NCBI GenBank assembly: GCA_965261595.1
Contig: CBDHDG010000001.1
Span: forward strand, 32,001 to 96,000
From: a bacterium
GTDB taxonomy: Bacteria; UBA8248; JACPRG01; G963555815
DNA: 64,000 nucleotides
Direction of reading: 5' to 3'
Shown here: one piece after another, positions 1 to 7,851 of the stretch
Position numbering within the stretch: position 1 is the stretch's first letter
Layout of the letters: every line of letters begins with the position of its first letter
Made by a program: the position numbers and the translations under genes
The notes under the pieces: model-generated
Told to the model about the DNA's origin: nothing
What the model saw: the letters and a program-made list of their open reading frames with translations, nothing else
Database searches by the model: none

Positions 1-333
1 CCCTCCCCCCCGGTAGTGCGCCCCGCCCGCATAATGAACCAGCATCTTGAAGGCGTCGGAAACGAAATCGGCGAACTGCATCTCGATGACGGGCCGAAGC
101 CCCATCTGAGCCGAGCCGATGGACATTCCGACGAACCCGCTCTCCGCGATGGGGGCGTCCACCACCCGCATCGGGCCGTACCGGTCCAGGAACCCCTTGG
201 TCACGCCGAAGGCGCCGCCGCCGATGGCGATGTCCTCCCCGATCAGGTAGACATCAGGGTCCAGGTCCATTTCCTCTTGGAGGGCGGCGGAGATGGCGTC
301 TCGATAGGTGACGGCCGGCGTCGATGCGGTCAT
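1..333 (-). CDS. 2-oxoacid (pyruvate/branched-chain) dehydrogenase E1 beta subunit, 5' part; runs off the window edge
   Basis: Hand translation from ATG 333, which overlaps the alpha-subunit stop (ATGA): MTASTPAVTYRDAISAALQEEMDLDPDVYLIGEDIAIGGGAFGVTKGFLDRYGPMRVVDAPIAESGFVGMSIGSAQMGLRPVIEMQFADF, a typical E1 beta N-terminus. Confidence 0.92.
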   Translation of the reverse strand, partial: MTASTPAVTYRDAISAALQEEMDLDPDVYLIGEDIAIGGGAFGVTKGFLDRYGPMRVVDAPIAESGFVGMSIGSAQMGLRPVIEMQFADFVSDAFKMLVHYAGGAHYRGGG

Positions 334-1469
334 GGGGCGAAGACCCCATCGGTGGCTTCATGTCCTTCGGGGGGGGGGCTGTTCTTGGCAAAATTCACAG
401 CTTCTTCAATCGATTCGAGGTTACGGGCTTCCGTCTCCTGAAAGAAGGAATCATCCCCATGCCCCGCCGCGCGCAACCTCTTTTCGAATAACGGGATCGG
501 GTCCCCGGACTCCCACCCGGCGATCTCCGCCTCGGTCAAATAGTCCGTGTAGGCGTCGTAGATGGAATGGCCCCCGATTCTCACGTTCATGGACTCGATG
601 AGGATCGGCCCCTCGCCGGCCCGGGCCCGCTCCAGCGCCTCGCGGCAGACCTCGTAACAGGCGGCCACGTCCGTCCCGTCAATCAGGTAGCCCGGAATCC
701 CATAGGCGATGGCCCGCAGCGCCAGTGTCTTGCAGGCGTATTGCATGCGCGTGGGCGTTTTGTACGCCCAAAGGTTGTTCTCGATGATGACGACCAGGGG
801 CAGGCGGTGGACGGCGGCCAGGTTCAGCCCCTGGTGGAAGTCGCCCGTGGAGGTCGCTCCGTCGCCGCACATGACCAGAGCCGCCGATCCGTCGCTTCGG
901 TACTTGGCCGTCCAGGCGGCGCCGCACGCGATGGGGATCATCGTCCCGATGTGGCTGATGAGCTGGATGATGTTGTGCTTGCGGTTGCCGTAGTGAAGGT
1001 CCCGACCCCGGTTGATTCCATTGACCCGCCCCAGGTAGTGGGCCATGAGCTCGTTCAGGTCCTGCCCCCGGACCAGGTGAGCGGGCAGGTTGCGGTGCAT
1101 TGGGACCATGATGTCTTCCGCGTCCAGGGCGGAGGCGGCCCCGACGGAGAGGCCCTCGTTGCCCCGTCCGAAAAACGCCGACCCCGGCACCAGCCCCTGA
1201 CGATACAACTCGGCGATCCGCTCCTCGAAAGCCCTCCCCAGGGCCATGAACGCATAGAGCCGCCTCAAACCCGCCACGTCCAGTCCCAGCGCGTCGAGGT
1301 CCGCCTTGGGACGCCACGCGATCCGCAGGCCGTTGATGACCATGTGGCGGTCCCGCAAGTCCCGAAAGGAGTCGAGCCGGTCGAGCTCCTCCTCCAGGAC
1401 CGGCGTTTCCGGCAACCGGGGCTTCTTACCGATGGATAACTCGATTGTCTCTCGGTTGGCTTGGGGCAC
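330..1469 (-). CDS. TPP-dependent 2-oxoacid dehydrogenase E1 alpha subunit
   Basis: GDGATSTG...IENN TPP-binding motif, RIGGHS phosphorylation-loop motif; coupled to the beta subunit. Confidence 0.92.
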   Translation of the reverse strand: MPQANRETIELSIGKKPRLPETPVLEEELDRLDSFRDLRDRHMVINGLRIAWRPKADLDALGLDVAGLRRLYAFMALGRAFEERIAELYRQGLVPGSAFFGRGNEGLSVGAASALDAEDIMVPMHRNLPAHLVRGQDLNELMAHYLGRVNGINRGRDLHYGNRKHNIIQLISHIGTMIPIACGAAWTAKYRSDGSAALVMCGDGATSTGDFHQGLNLAAVHRLPLVVIIENNLWAYKTPTRMQYACKTLALRAIAYGIPGYLIDGTDVAACYEVCREALERARAGEGPILIESMNVRIGGHSIYDAYTDYLTEAEIAGWESGDPIPLFEKRLRAAGHGDDSFFQETEARNLESIEEAVNFAKNSPPPEGHEATDGVFAP

Positions 1470-1549
1470 GGCTCATGAATTCCACGGAACAACGAATTTC
1501 AGGAACACCGGGGGGCGGCTTAAACGAATCCGGGGCCCATCACGAGAGA

Positions 1550-1963
1550 TCACACGTCCCCCCGCGCGCCCGCCCAGCCGTGATCGGTGGGATCGATAAC
1601 GACGCCGTCGGGCGCCAGAAATTTTCTTTCATAGTAAACCGTCTCTTCACCGGCGCCTTGATAGCCGTCCGCCACTTCGCGGGAACCGTCCCGTTCGAGC
1701 TTCCGCACGCTCTCCTCGAGGTCCTCCACAATGAACCCGAAGTGGTGAATCCCCGTGAAATTTATATCCTCCCCGGGGAGATTCGTCCAGCGGGACCGCA
1801 TCTTGATGACGGCCAGATTGACGACGCCGTCCGACAGGTATACGCCCTCGGCCAGATCATTCTCAATCGTCCCGACTTCCTTCATCTCGAAGTGCTTTTT
1901 GTAGAATTCAGCCGTGGCGTCCGGATCTTTCGTGGCGATGGCGATGTGCCTCAGCTTGGCCAA
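1550..1963 (-). CDS. VOC/glyoxalase family protein
   Basis: LRHIAIAT-D...FY, YLSDGVVNLA, GIHHFGFIVEDL, APDG motifs. Confidence 0.85.
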   Translation of the reverse strand: MAKLRHIAIATKDPDATAEFYKKHFEMKEVGTIENDLAEGVYLSDGVVNLAVIKMRSRWTNLPGEDINFTGIHHFGFIVEDLEESVRKLERDGSREVADGYQGAGEETVYYERKFLAPDGVVIDPTDHGWAGARGDV

Positions 1964-2140
1964 GGGTCAGCCCTCCCGGGCGCAACGCGAAACGAACCCG
2001 CCCCCACTCCCCCCCCTACTCCGGGGTCTCGGCCGTGCGTTCCCCCCCCCCCGCGGGGCAGCCCGCTTACGCCCAATTTCTCACGACGACTCAGTTTTGG
2101 CGTCTTCATCAGCAGCGATCGCGTCGCTGGCCAACGCAAT

Positions 2141-2223
2141 GGGGCGGGTGCAGAGCCCCGTCCCTACATTTCAAAATCCTGATCGTCGAACCCGTTGTAG
2201 GGGCGGGGCTCCGCACCCGCCCC
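2141..2223. repeat. GTAG-type REP doublet (inverted pair)
   Basis: GGGGCGGGTGCAGAGCCCCGTCCCTACA (2141-2168) is inverted relative to TGTAGGGGCGGGGCTCCGCACCCGCCCC (2196-2223); the same unit recurs at 62920-62947. Confidence 0.75.
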
Positions 2224-2343
2224 CCCCAAGGACAGGACGCTCCACTTCCTTCGGGCCTTTTTGTCTCCGCCAATGGCGATTAAACCTCAACGATCTTCTC
2301 GCGTGAAGGCCGCTTCGCCTTTCTTCCCCGTCAGAAATGCAAC

Positions 2344-3882
2344 TTACGCCCATTTCCGCTTTTTCGATTTCAGCGGTCTCCAGTCGGCGACCAACTCCGC
2401 CAGAAGCCGGACTCCGACGCCGGAGGCGCCCTTGGGGGTGTAGGGAAACTCCCGATCCCGCCAGGCCGGACCCGCGATATCGAGGTGCGCCCAGGGATAA
2501 TCCTCGGCGAACCGGCCCAGGAAGGCCGCGGCGGTGATGGCCCCGCCCCAACGGCCGCCCGTATTCTTGATGTTCGCGATATCGCTCTTGATCTGGTCGA
2601 AATACTCGGGCCACATCGGGAGCTCCCAGACCCGATCTCCCGTCCGGTCCGCCGCCCGGCGAATCCGGTCGATCAACCCCTCGGAATTCCCCAGGACCCC
2701 CGAGCACGACTCCCCCAGGGCCACGACGCACGCCCCCGTCAGCGTCGCCGCGTCCACGACCGCCTGGGGCTTGTACCGCCTCGCGTAAGTCAGGGCGTCG
2801 CCCAGGATGAGCCTGCCCTCGGCGTCCGTGTTGTCAATCTCCACCGTCAACCCCGACAGGGTGGTGATGACGTCGCCCGGCCGGTTGGCCTGGCCGGCGA
2901 TCATGTTCTCGGTGCAAGGCACGAGGGCCACGACCCGCTGCGGCGCGTTCAACTCACCGATGGCCCGCATCGCGCCCAGGACGGCGGCCGCTCCGGACAT
3001 GTCGGTCTTCATGGTCCGCATGCCGCCGCCCGGCTTGATGTTTAAACCGCCCGTGTCGAACGTCACCCCCTTCCCCACCAGGACGACGGGGGCGGCCTTG
3101 GGGTTTCGTCCGGAATGCTCGAGGACGATGAACTTCGGCGGCGCGACGCCCGCCTGGGCGACGCTCAGGAACCCCCCCATCCCCAATCGCTCGGCGTCCC
3201 GAGCCTCGAGGACCCGGCAGGTCATCCCGTACTTTCTCGCCAGAGATCGGGCGGCGCGGGCCAGAAAGGCCGGGACCGCCACGTTGGCGGGATGCGTCAC
3301 GAGATCGCGGGCGAAGTTCACGGCTTCGCCCATCGCCAAGCCGCGCTTCACGCCCCCCCTGAGCGCGCCGGCTTCTTCCCGGTCACCGGCCATCAGGATC
3401 CCGGACCGGACATTTCCGGCGCGGCCGTCTTTTTCCTTTTTCCGGTAATCGTCCATCCGGTACAGGCCCATCACGGCGCCCTCGATCCAGGCCTGGGCCT
3501 GGGCTTCGGGGGGCGCTTTCAACACCTGTCCGGGGATTTCGGCGTGGAAGGCGTCAAGCTTGAGATCGCGGGCGGTCCGGGCGGCCGCGGCGGCCGCGCC
3601 CCGGAGGATGTCCACGGTGAGATCCGCGGCCTTCCCCATGCCCATCAGCAACAGCCGTTTCGGACGCAGCCCCTTGCGGGATTCCAGCAGTGGAAGGATC
3701 CGGCGCCGCCGGGGCGCGGGCTGAAACTCGCCACTGTCGAGCATGCGCCGAACGGTGCCCTTCAGGACCCGGTCGGCCTCCCGGGCGCTTCCCCGCAGGG
3801 GCGTCTTTCCTTCATAGACCGGCAGGACGGCCAACTCCGCGTCCGTTTCCAGGAGGCTTCCGACAACCACCTTACCCCGCAC
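2344..3882 (-). CDS. pepA: Leucyl aminopeptidase (M17)
   Basis: VGKGVTFDTGG, MKTDMSGAA, NTDAEGRL, ATLTGA, WAHLDIAG motifs. Confidence 0.96.
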   Translation of the reverse strand: MRGKVVVGSLLETDAELAVLPVYEGKTPLRGSAREADRVLKGTVRRMLDSGEFQPAPRRRRILPLLESRKGLRPKRLLLMGMGKAADLTVDILRGAAAAAARTARDLKLDAFHAEIPGQVLKAPPEAQAQAWIEGAVMGLYRMDDYRKKEKDGRAGNVRSGILMAGDREEAGALRGGVKRGLAMGEAVNFARDLVTHPANVAVPAFLARAARSLARKYGMTCRVLEARDAERLGMGGFLSVAQAGVAPPKFIVLEHSGRNPKAAPVVLVGKGVTFDTGGLNIKPGGGMRTMKTDMSGAAAVLGAMRAIGELNAPQRVVALVPCTENMIAGQANRPGDVITTLSGLTVEIDNTDAEGRLILGDALTYARRYKPQAVVDAATLTGACVVALGESCSGVLGNSEGLIDRIRRAADRTGDRVWELPMWPEYFDQIKSDIANIKNTGGRWGGAITAAAFLGRFAEDYPWAHLDIAGPAWRDREFPYTPKGASGVGVRLLAELVADWRPLKSKKRKWA

Positions 3883-3897
3883 GGGCGGACTCCCTCC

Positions 3898-4509
3898 CTA
3901 GCCTTCTCCGCCCTGCCAGCGGCGGAACAGTTCGTTGGGGACGCCCATGCAATCCAGCGTCTTGCCCACAATATGGTTCACGATGTCATCGAGGGTTTTG
4001 GGCATGTGGTAAAAGCCCGGACTCGCCATAAGGATATGCACGCCCATGCGGGAAAGCTTCAGCATGTGCTCCAGATGAATGGGGCTCAGGGGGGTTTCCC
4101 GGGGGACCAGGACCAGGTTGCGCTTCTCCTTGAGAATCACGTCGGCCGATCTGCCGATCAGGTTGGACGCCGCGCCCGTAGCGATCATGCTCAGGGTCTT
4201 CATCGAGCAGGGCGTCACGACCATATGGTTGAGCCCCGCGGACCCGCTGGCAGGCGTGGCCCCGATGTCTTGATTGTCGTGGGTGACATCGGCGTAGGTC
4301 TGGAGGTCCTTGTACGACATCCCCAGCTCGTGCTTGACGACCCGGATTCCGCCCTTCGAGCAGATCAGGTGGACCTCGATGTCGGTCTCTTTGAGAAATT
4401 CGAGCAGGCGCACCGCGTATATCGAACCGCTGGCCCCGGAGACGGCCACAATGACTTTCAAAGATGCGCTCTCCCGCCGGAATGTAGGTTCAGACGCCGC
4501 GACGCTCAC
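3898..4509 (-). CDS. ubiX: Flavin prenyltransferase UbiX (start approximate)
   Basis: AVSGASG, PASGS, PCSMKTL, NLIGRSADV.LKE, PRETPL, PGFY motifs. Confidence 0.93.
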   Translation of the reverse strand: MSVAASEPTFRRESASLKVIVAVSGASGSIYAVRLLEFLKETDIEVHLICSKGGIRVVKHELGMSYKDLQTYADVTHDNQDIGATPASGSAGLNHMVVTPCSMKTLSMIATGAASNLIGRSADVILKEKRNLVLVPRETPLSPIHLEHMLKLSRMGVHILMASPGFYHMPKTLDDIVNHIVGKTLDCMGVPNELFRRWQGGEG

Positions 4510-4714
4510 ACGAACCGGCCATCCCCCAATGCGTGAGAGGAGGATTCGACAAGCCGTACGGTGTTAGTCTACCACAAACGGTCCGTGGACTCAGTGATCC
4601 CCGGTTTTCGGTGGTGTCCTAATTCGAAATATTTCGGGAACGCTATTCTCCCCCGCTCTAGGGTTTTGTTGGACACTCGATTGATCCATGATTCATGGAG
4701 AAAGGGGTGTCGCG

Positions 4715-5101
4715 ATGAACGAACAAAAGCAAGAGGGGGCTTTGGCGGAGGGCGCCCGCAGGGCGAACGGAGCCAAGGCCCCAGGGCATCGCAGTGAGCG
4801 GGGTCGGTTCTCCTGCCAGCGCAAGCGGGAGGCGGTCCTGCGTCTTTTGCGGGGCGAGAGCCTGGAGACGCTCTGCCGCGAGTTGGGCACGACAGCGGCT
4901 CGGCTTTCCGCCTGGCGCGAGGCGTTCCTTCGCGGGGGCGAGGCGGCGCTCAAAGCCCGCCCGGCGGATGAGCGGGACGAGGAGAACGCCCGGCTCAAGG
5001 CCAAGGTGGGCGAACTCACGATGGAGGGCGAGGTCCTGCGGGAGAAGATCGACCGCCTGGAGGCCGGCCGCCCTTTAGCCGGCAGGAGGTGGAGGCGATG
5101 A
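4715..5101 (+). CDS. IS3-family transposase OrfA (HTH)
   Basis: RFSCQRKREAVLRLLRGESLETLCRELG HTH followed by zipper-like ENARLKAKVGELTME; purine-rich RBS before ATG 4715. Confidence 0.9.
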   Translation: MNEQKQEGALAEGARRANGAKAPGHRSERGRFSCQRKREAVLRLLRGESLETLCRELGTTAARLSAWREAFLRGGEAALKARPADERDEENARLKAKVGELTMEGEVLREKIDRLEAGRPLAGRRWRR

Positions 5102-6006
5102 GTCAGGCCCGCTTCACCTCCACGGGCAGAGCCTACGGCCTGAAGCGGGTGTGCGCCCTTTGGGGCTTGGCGCGCTCCACGGTCTACGCGCAACGGCGGC
5201 GAGAGGCGGTCCCCGTTCATGAACGCCCCACGCCCAATAAGCGCGGCCCTGTGGGCCCGTGCACCGATGCGGAACTCCTCGGCCACATCCGGCAGGTCCT
5301 GGAGGACTCTCCCTTCCATGGCGAGGGCTACCGCAAGGTGTGGGCGAGGCTGCGCTTCGCGGGCATCCGCACCAGCAAGGAGCGGATGCGTCGCCTGATG
5401 CGGGAGGCGGGGCTTCAGGCCCCCCACCGGGTGGGCAAACCCCGAGGTCCCAAGGCCCACAACGGGACCATCCGCACCGAGCGGCCCGACCGAATGTGGG
5501 GCACGGACATGACGACGACGGTGACCACCGAGGAGGGGATGGCCTCGGTGTTCGTGGCGGTGGATCACTGCTCGGTGGACTGCGTGGGGATCCATGCGGC
5601 CAAGAGCGGCAACCGCTTCGAGGCCCTGGAGCCGATCCGGCAGGGGGTCGCCGAGCGCTTCGCCGGCTTGGAGGCGGACGTCGCCGAGGGGCTTAAAGTT
5701 CGTCACGACCACGGCCCCGCCTATCTGTCCGATGACTTTCAGCGGGAGATCGCCTACCTGGGCATGACCAGTTCGCCCAGCTTCGTGCGGGCGCCCGAGG
5801 GAAATGGCTACTGTGAGTGGTTTATCCGCATCTTGAAGGAGAATCTCCTGTGGGTGCGCTCTTTCGCCACCGTAGAGGAACTGCGGTGGGCGCTGCTTGA
5901 GTTCAAGAACCTGTATAACCATCATTGGATTCTCGAGGGCTACGGCTACCGAACGCCGGCCCAGGCAAGGCAGGAAAAACTCGCTCAAGTTGCGGAGGCC
6001 GCATGA
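5098..6006 (+). CDS. IS3-family transposase OrfB (DDE/rve)
   Basis: GYRKVWARL, WGTD, HDHG, PEGNGYCE motifs; ATGA overlap with orfA. Confidence 0.92.
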   Translation: MSQARFTSTGRAYGLKRVCALWGLARSTVYAQRRREAVPVHERPTPNKRGPVGPCTDAELLGHIRQVLEDSPFHGEGYRKVWARLRFAGIRTSKERMRRLMREAGLQAPHRVGKPRGPKAHNGTIRTERPDRMWGTDMTTTVTTEEGMASVFVAVDHCSVDCVGIHAAKSGNRFEALEPIRQGVAERFAGLEADVAEGLKVRHDHGPAYLSDDFQREIAYLGMTSSPSFVRAPEGNGYCEWFIRILKENLLWVRSFATVEELRWALLEFKNLYNHHWILEGYGYRTPAQARQEKLAQVAEAA

Positions 6007-6686
6007 GGTCGAATACCCTCACCCGAGTGTCCAATAACCCAGGGGCGGTCCAATTCCCCGAAGCAATCAGGGAACCAGTCGCGCTTGAGGGGGAGGTACT
6101 TATAGACGACTTTGGCTAGCTCTGCACCGGGTTCTATGGAGGCGGCGAATATTTTCTTTCCCGCGTTCATCGCGGCTTTCACCACCGGAGTGTAGTCACC
6201 ATCGGCGGCCAAGAGGTATGCAACGTCGTATTCGTTCCGAACAGCCATCATGACCATATCAACGGCCAACATGACATCCACAGCCTTCTCCACCATGACG
6301 CTGACCTTCTCATGCCGTGTGGCACTGGCGACTAGATATTTGTAGACGTCCGGGTCAATCCTCACGGTGAGACTGGCGAGATATCGCTTTATCTCTTGAG
6401 AAAAACTATTTACGATGGATCGCTCTTCGAGGCGCCCATAATGGATGCTGATCCGCTTGTCGCGGGCGGCCAGCCATGCCATATATCGACGTTGGTTGGC
6501 ATAGAGTTCCGTATTGCCTATTTGCTTCACTTGACCAACGTAGTAGCGGGTTCCGATCCAGTCACGAGCCCCGACGATCTTCGCTGAAACCTTTGCGTAG
6601 TTCAACTGGCCCAAGCCCATTACGCCAGCCCGCTTGAGGCTGTGATACCAATTGTTGCCGTCCACGAAAACGAGAGCACGTTCCAT
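5985..6686 (-). CDS. NYN domain (LabA/DUF88, PIN-like fold) putative RNase; native stop destroyed by the IS
   Basis: MERALVFVDGNNWY..., RYY, EKAVDVMLAVDM, AYLLAADGDYTP, GKKI motifs; lower GC than flanks; the ORF reads into the IS end (LDRPWVIGHSGEGIRPHAASAT). Confidence 0.9.
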   Translation of the reverse strand: MERALVFVDGNNWYHSLKRAGVMGLGQLNYAKVSAKIVGARDWIGTRYYVGQVKQIGNTELYANQRRYMAWLAARDKRISIHYGRLEERSIVNSFSQEIKRYLASLTVRIDPDVYKYLVASATRHEKVSVMVEKAVDVMLAVDMVMMAVRNEYDVAYLLAADGDYTPVVKAAMNAGKKIFAASIEPGAELAKVVYKYLPLKRDWFPDCFGELDRPWVIGHSGEGIRPHAASAT

Positions 6687-6696
6687 AGATGACGCC

Positions 6697-6808
6697 CAAA
6701 ACGAAAACCCCGGGGTGTAGCCCTTGCGGACTAGACCCCGGGGGGGTAAGAGCCGAGTCCCGTAAGACTCCGGCACCAAGTCACTTTCGTCATCTCTTTA
6801 TCCTGAAT
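6697..6808 (-). ncRNA. Candidate structured leader/small RNA upstream of the NYN gene
   Basis: Hairpin 6752-6774 (UACG loop); long hairpin 6708-6743 (GCAA loop) followed by UUUUCGUUUU; long-range pairing of 6788-6795 with 6687-6694; lies downstream of a sigma70 promoter. Confidence 0.6.
6698..6743 (-). terminator. Intrinsic terminator/attenuator just before the NYN start codon
   Basis: CCCCGGGGTCTAGTCC-GCAA-GGGCTACACCCCGGGG followed by TTTTCGTTTT. Confidence 0.65.
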
Positions 6809-6814
6809 ATGTAA

Positions 6815-6842
6815 AAAATATAGACGCTTAATTCTTTGTCAA
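6815..6842 (-). promoter_or_regulatory. sigma70-type promoter for the leader RNA/NYN gene
   Basis: TTGACA-N16-TATTTT in an AT-rich patch. Confidence 0.65.
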
Positions 6843-6922
6843 GCTCGAATTTTCCTTTTTCATCGGCCGTGCGGCACCGGCAATTGTTGAGAACAGGTGC
6901 CGTCAAGCGTCCACCCGGAGCC

Positions 6923-7097
6923 GTCATTCCCGCGCAGGCGGGAATCCAGCGTTCTGGGTTGCGAGTCCATCCTCCTGCCCACTTATCATTGAGTTGGGAA
7001 GAATACGACAGAGAGAGAGGTCTTCGGCGCAGCCGGGGGTCGGATTGATTGGGACCGCTCTGAAGCACTTCTGGATTCCCGCCTCCGTGGGAATGAC
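6923..7097. repeat. Inverted pair of ATTCCC-N8-GGGAAT palindromic repeats
   Basis: GTCATTCCCGCGCAGGCGGGAATCCAG (6923-6949) and CTGGATTCCCGCCTCCGTGGGAATGAC (7071-7097). Confidence 0.8.
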
Positions 7098-7851
7098 AAT
7101 CGGGGGGAGGATGCGGAATGGCGGCGAGCTCTCAAGGTTCAGGGGATCGCTCGTCAGGGCGGAAATCACGGATGATCCTCGGGGGCTTCGTTTCTTCAAG
7201 TTCCGAAAACCGGGCATAACCGGGGAATCCAGGCCATCGGCGATGACGCCCGCTTCTGTAGGTCAATCGCCCCGTTTCCCGGATCTCAAAAATAAAAACA
7301 TATTGATTTCATTGCGATTCCGCCTTTGGGTTTGGATCGTACTTTTATATTCTTCAGCCGCTCCATCCCCGCGGAGAAAACTTCGCCGCACCGTTCTCTG
7401 TCCCAATCCGATGAATTTTCGGTTCCAAGCAAGTGCAGTCCATAAAACGAAATTAATACGAAACAAAAGGCCCGACAACTATTTTTTCGATCTGCGTGGA
7501 GGGACGGAAGTTTCGTTTATCGTTTTCCGATGAGATCGGCAGATTGGAGGGCGAAACGCGTTCGGACCCACACGACCGCAGGAGCAGGTTGCTCGAATGG
7601 AAGGTCAGGCGAGGCGGGCAGGATGCCCGCCCTACCGGGGGACGGGGGAGTCATAAGGCGGCGCCGGCGAACCAGCCGCCAGTGGCGCACTTTCTTGAAA
7701 CGTCTGCCGACTCCATGAATCGATCCCCGCACGAGCCCTCCCCTCTTCCCACGCCCCCCCCACCGGCTTGTGTTTTCTCTTTCCACTCACTAATGTGAGG
7801 ATGTATCCGGAGGTTTTTTCTCTTTCCAAGCCGCGAACGGGAGCCCGTCGT

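Larger units (their letters stand above)
4648..6052 (+). mobile_element. IS3-family insertion sequence, copy 1 (1405 bp), with 3-bp ATT target duplication
   Basis: Boundaries defined by identity with copy 2; imperfect IRs CTCCCCCGCTCTAGGGTTTTGTTGGACA and TGTCCAATAACCCAGGGGCGGTCCA; ATT at 4645-4647 and 6053-6055; orfA/orfB organisation. Confidence 0.93.

Noticed and set aside
4693..5988. 431-aa ORF antisense to the IS3 transposase (also 43664-44683)
   Set aside because: Shadow frame of a GC-rich transposase; no motifs
6687..6779. N-terminal extension of the NYN ORF from 6779 in the ORF track
   Set aside because: NYN proteins start just before the VFVDG motif; the extension is the hairpin-rich leader
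7425..7442. sigma54-like TGG...TTGC on the minus strand
   Set aside because: GG-to-GC spacing is 9 nt rather than the required 10
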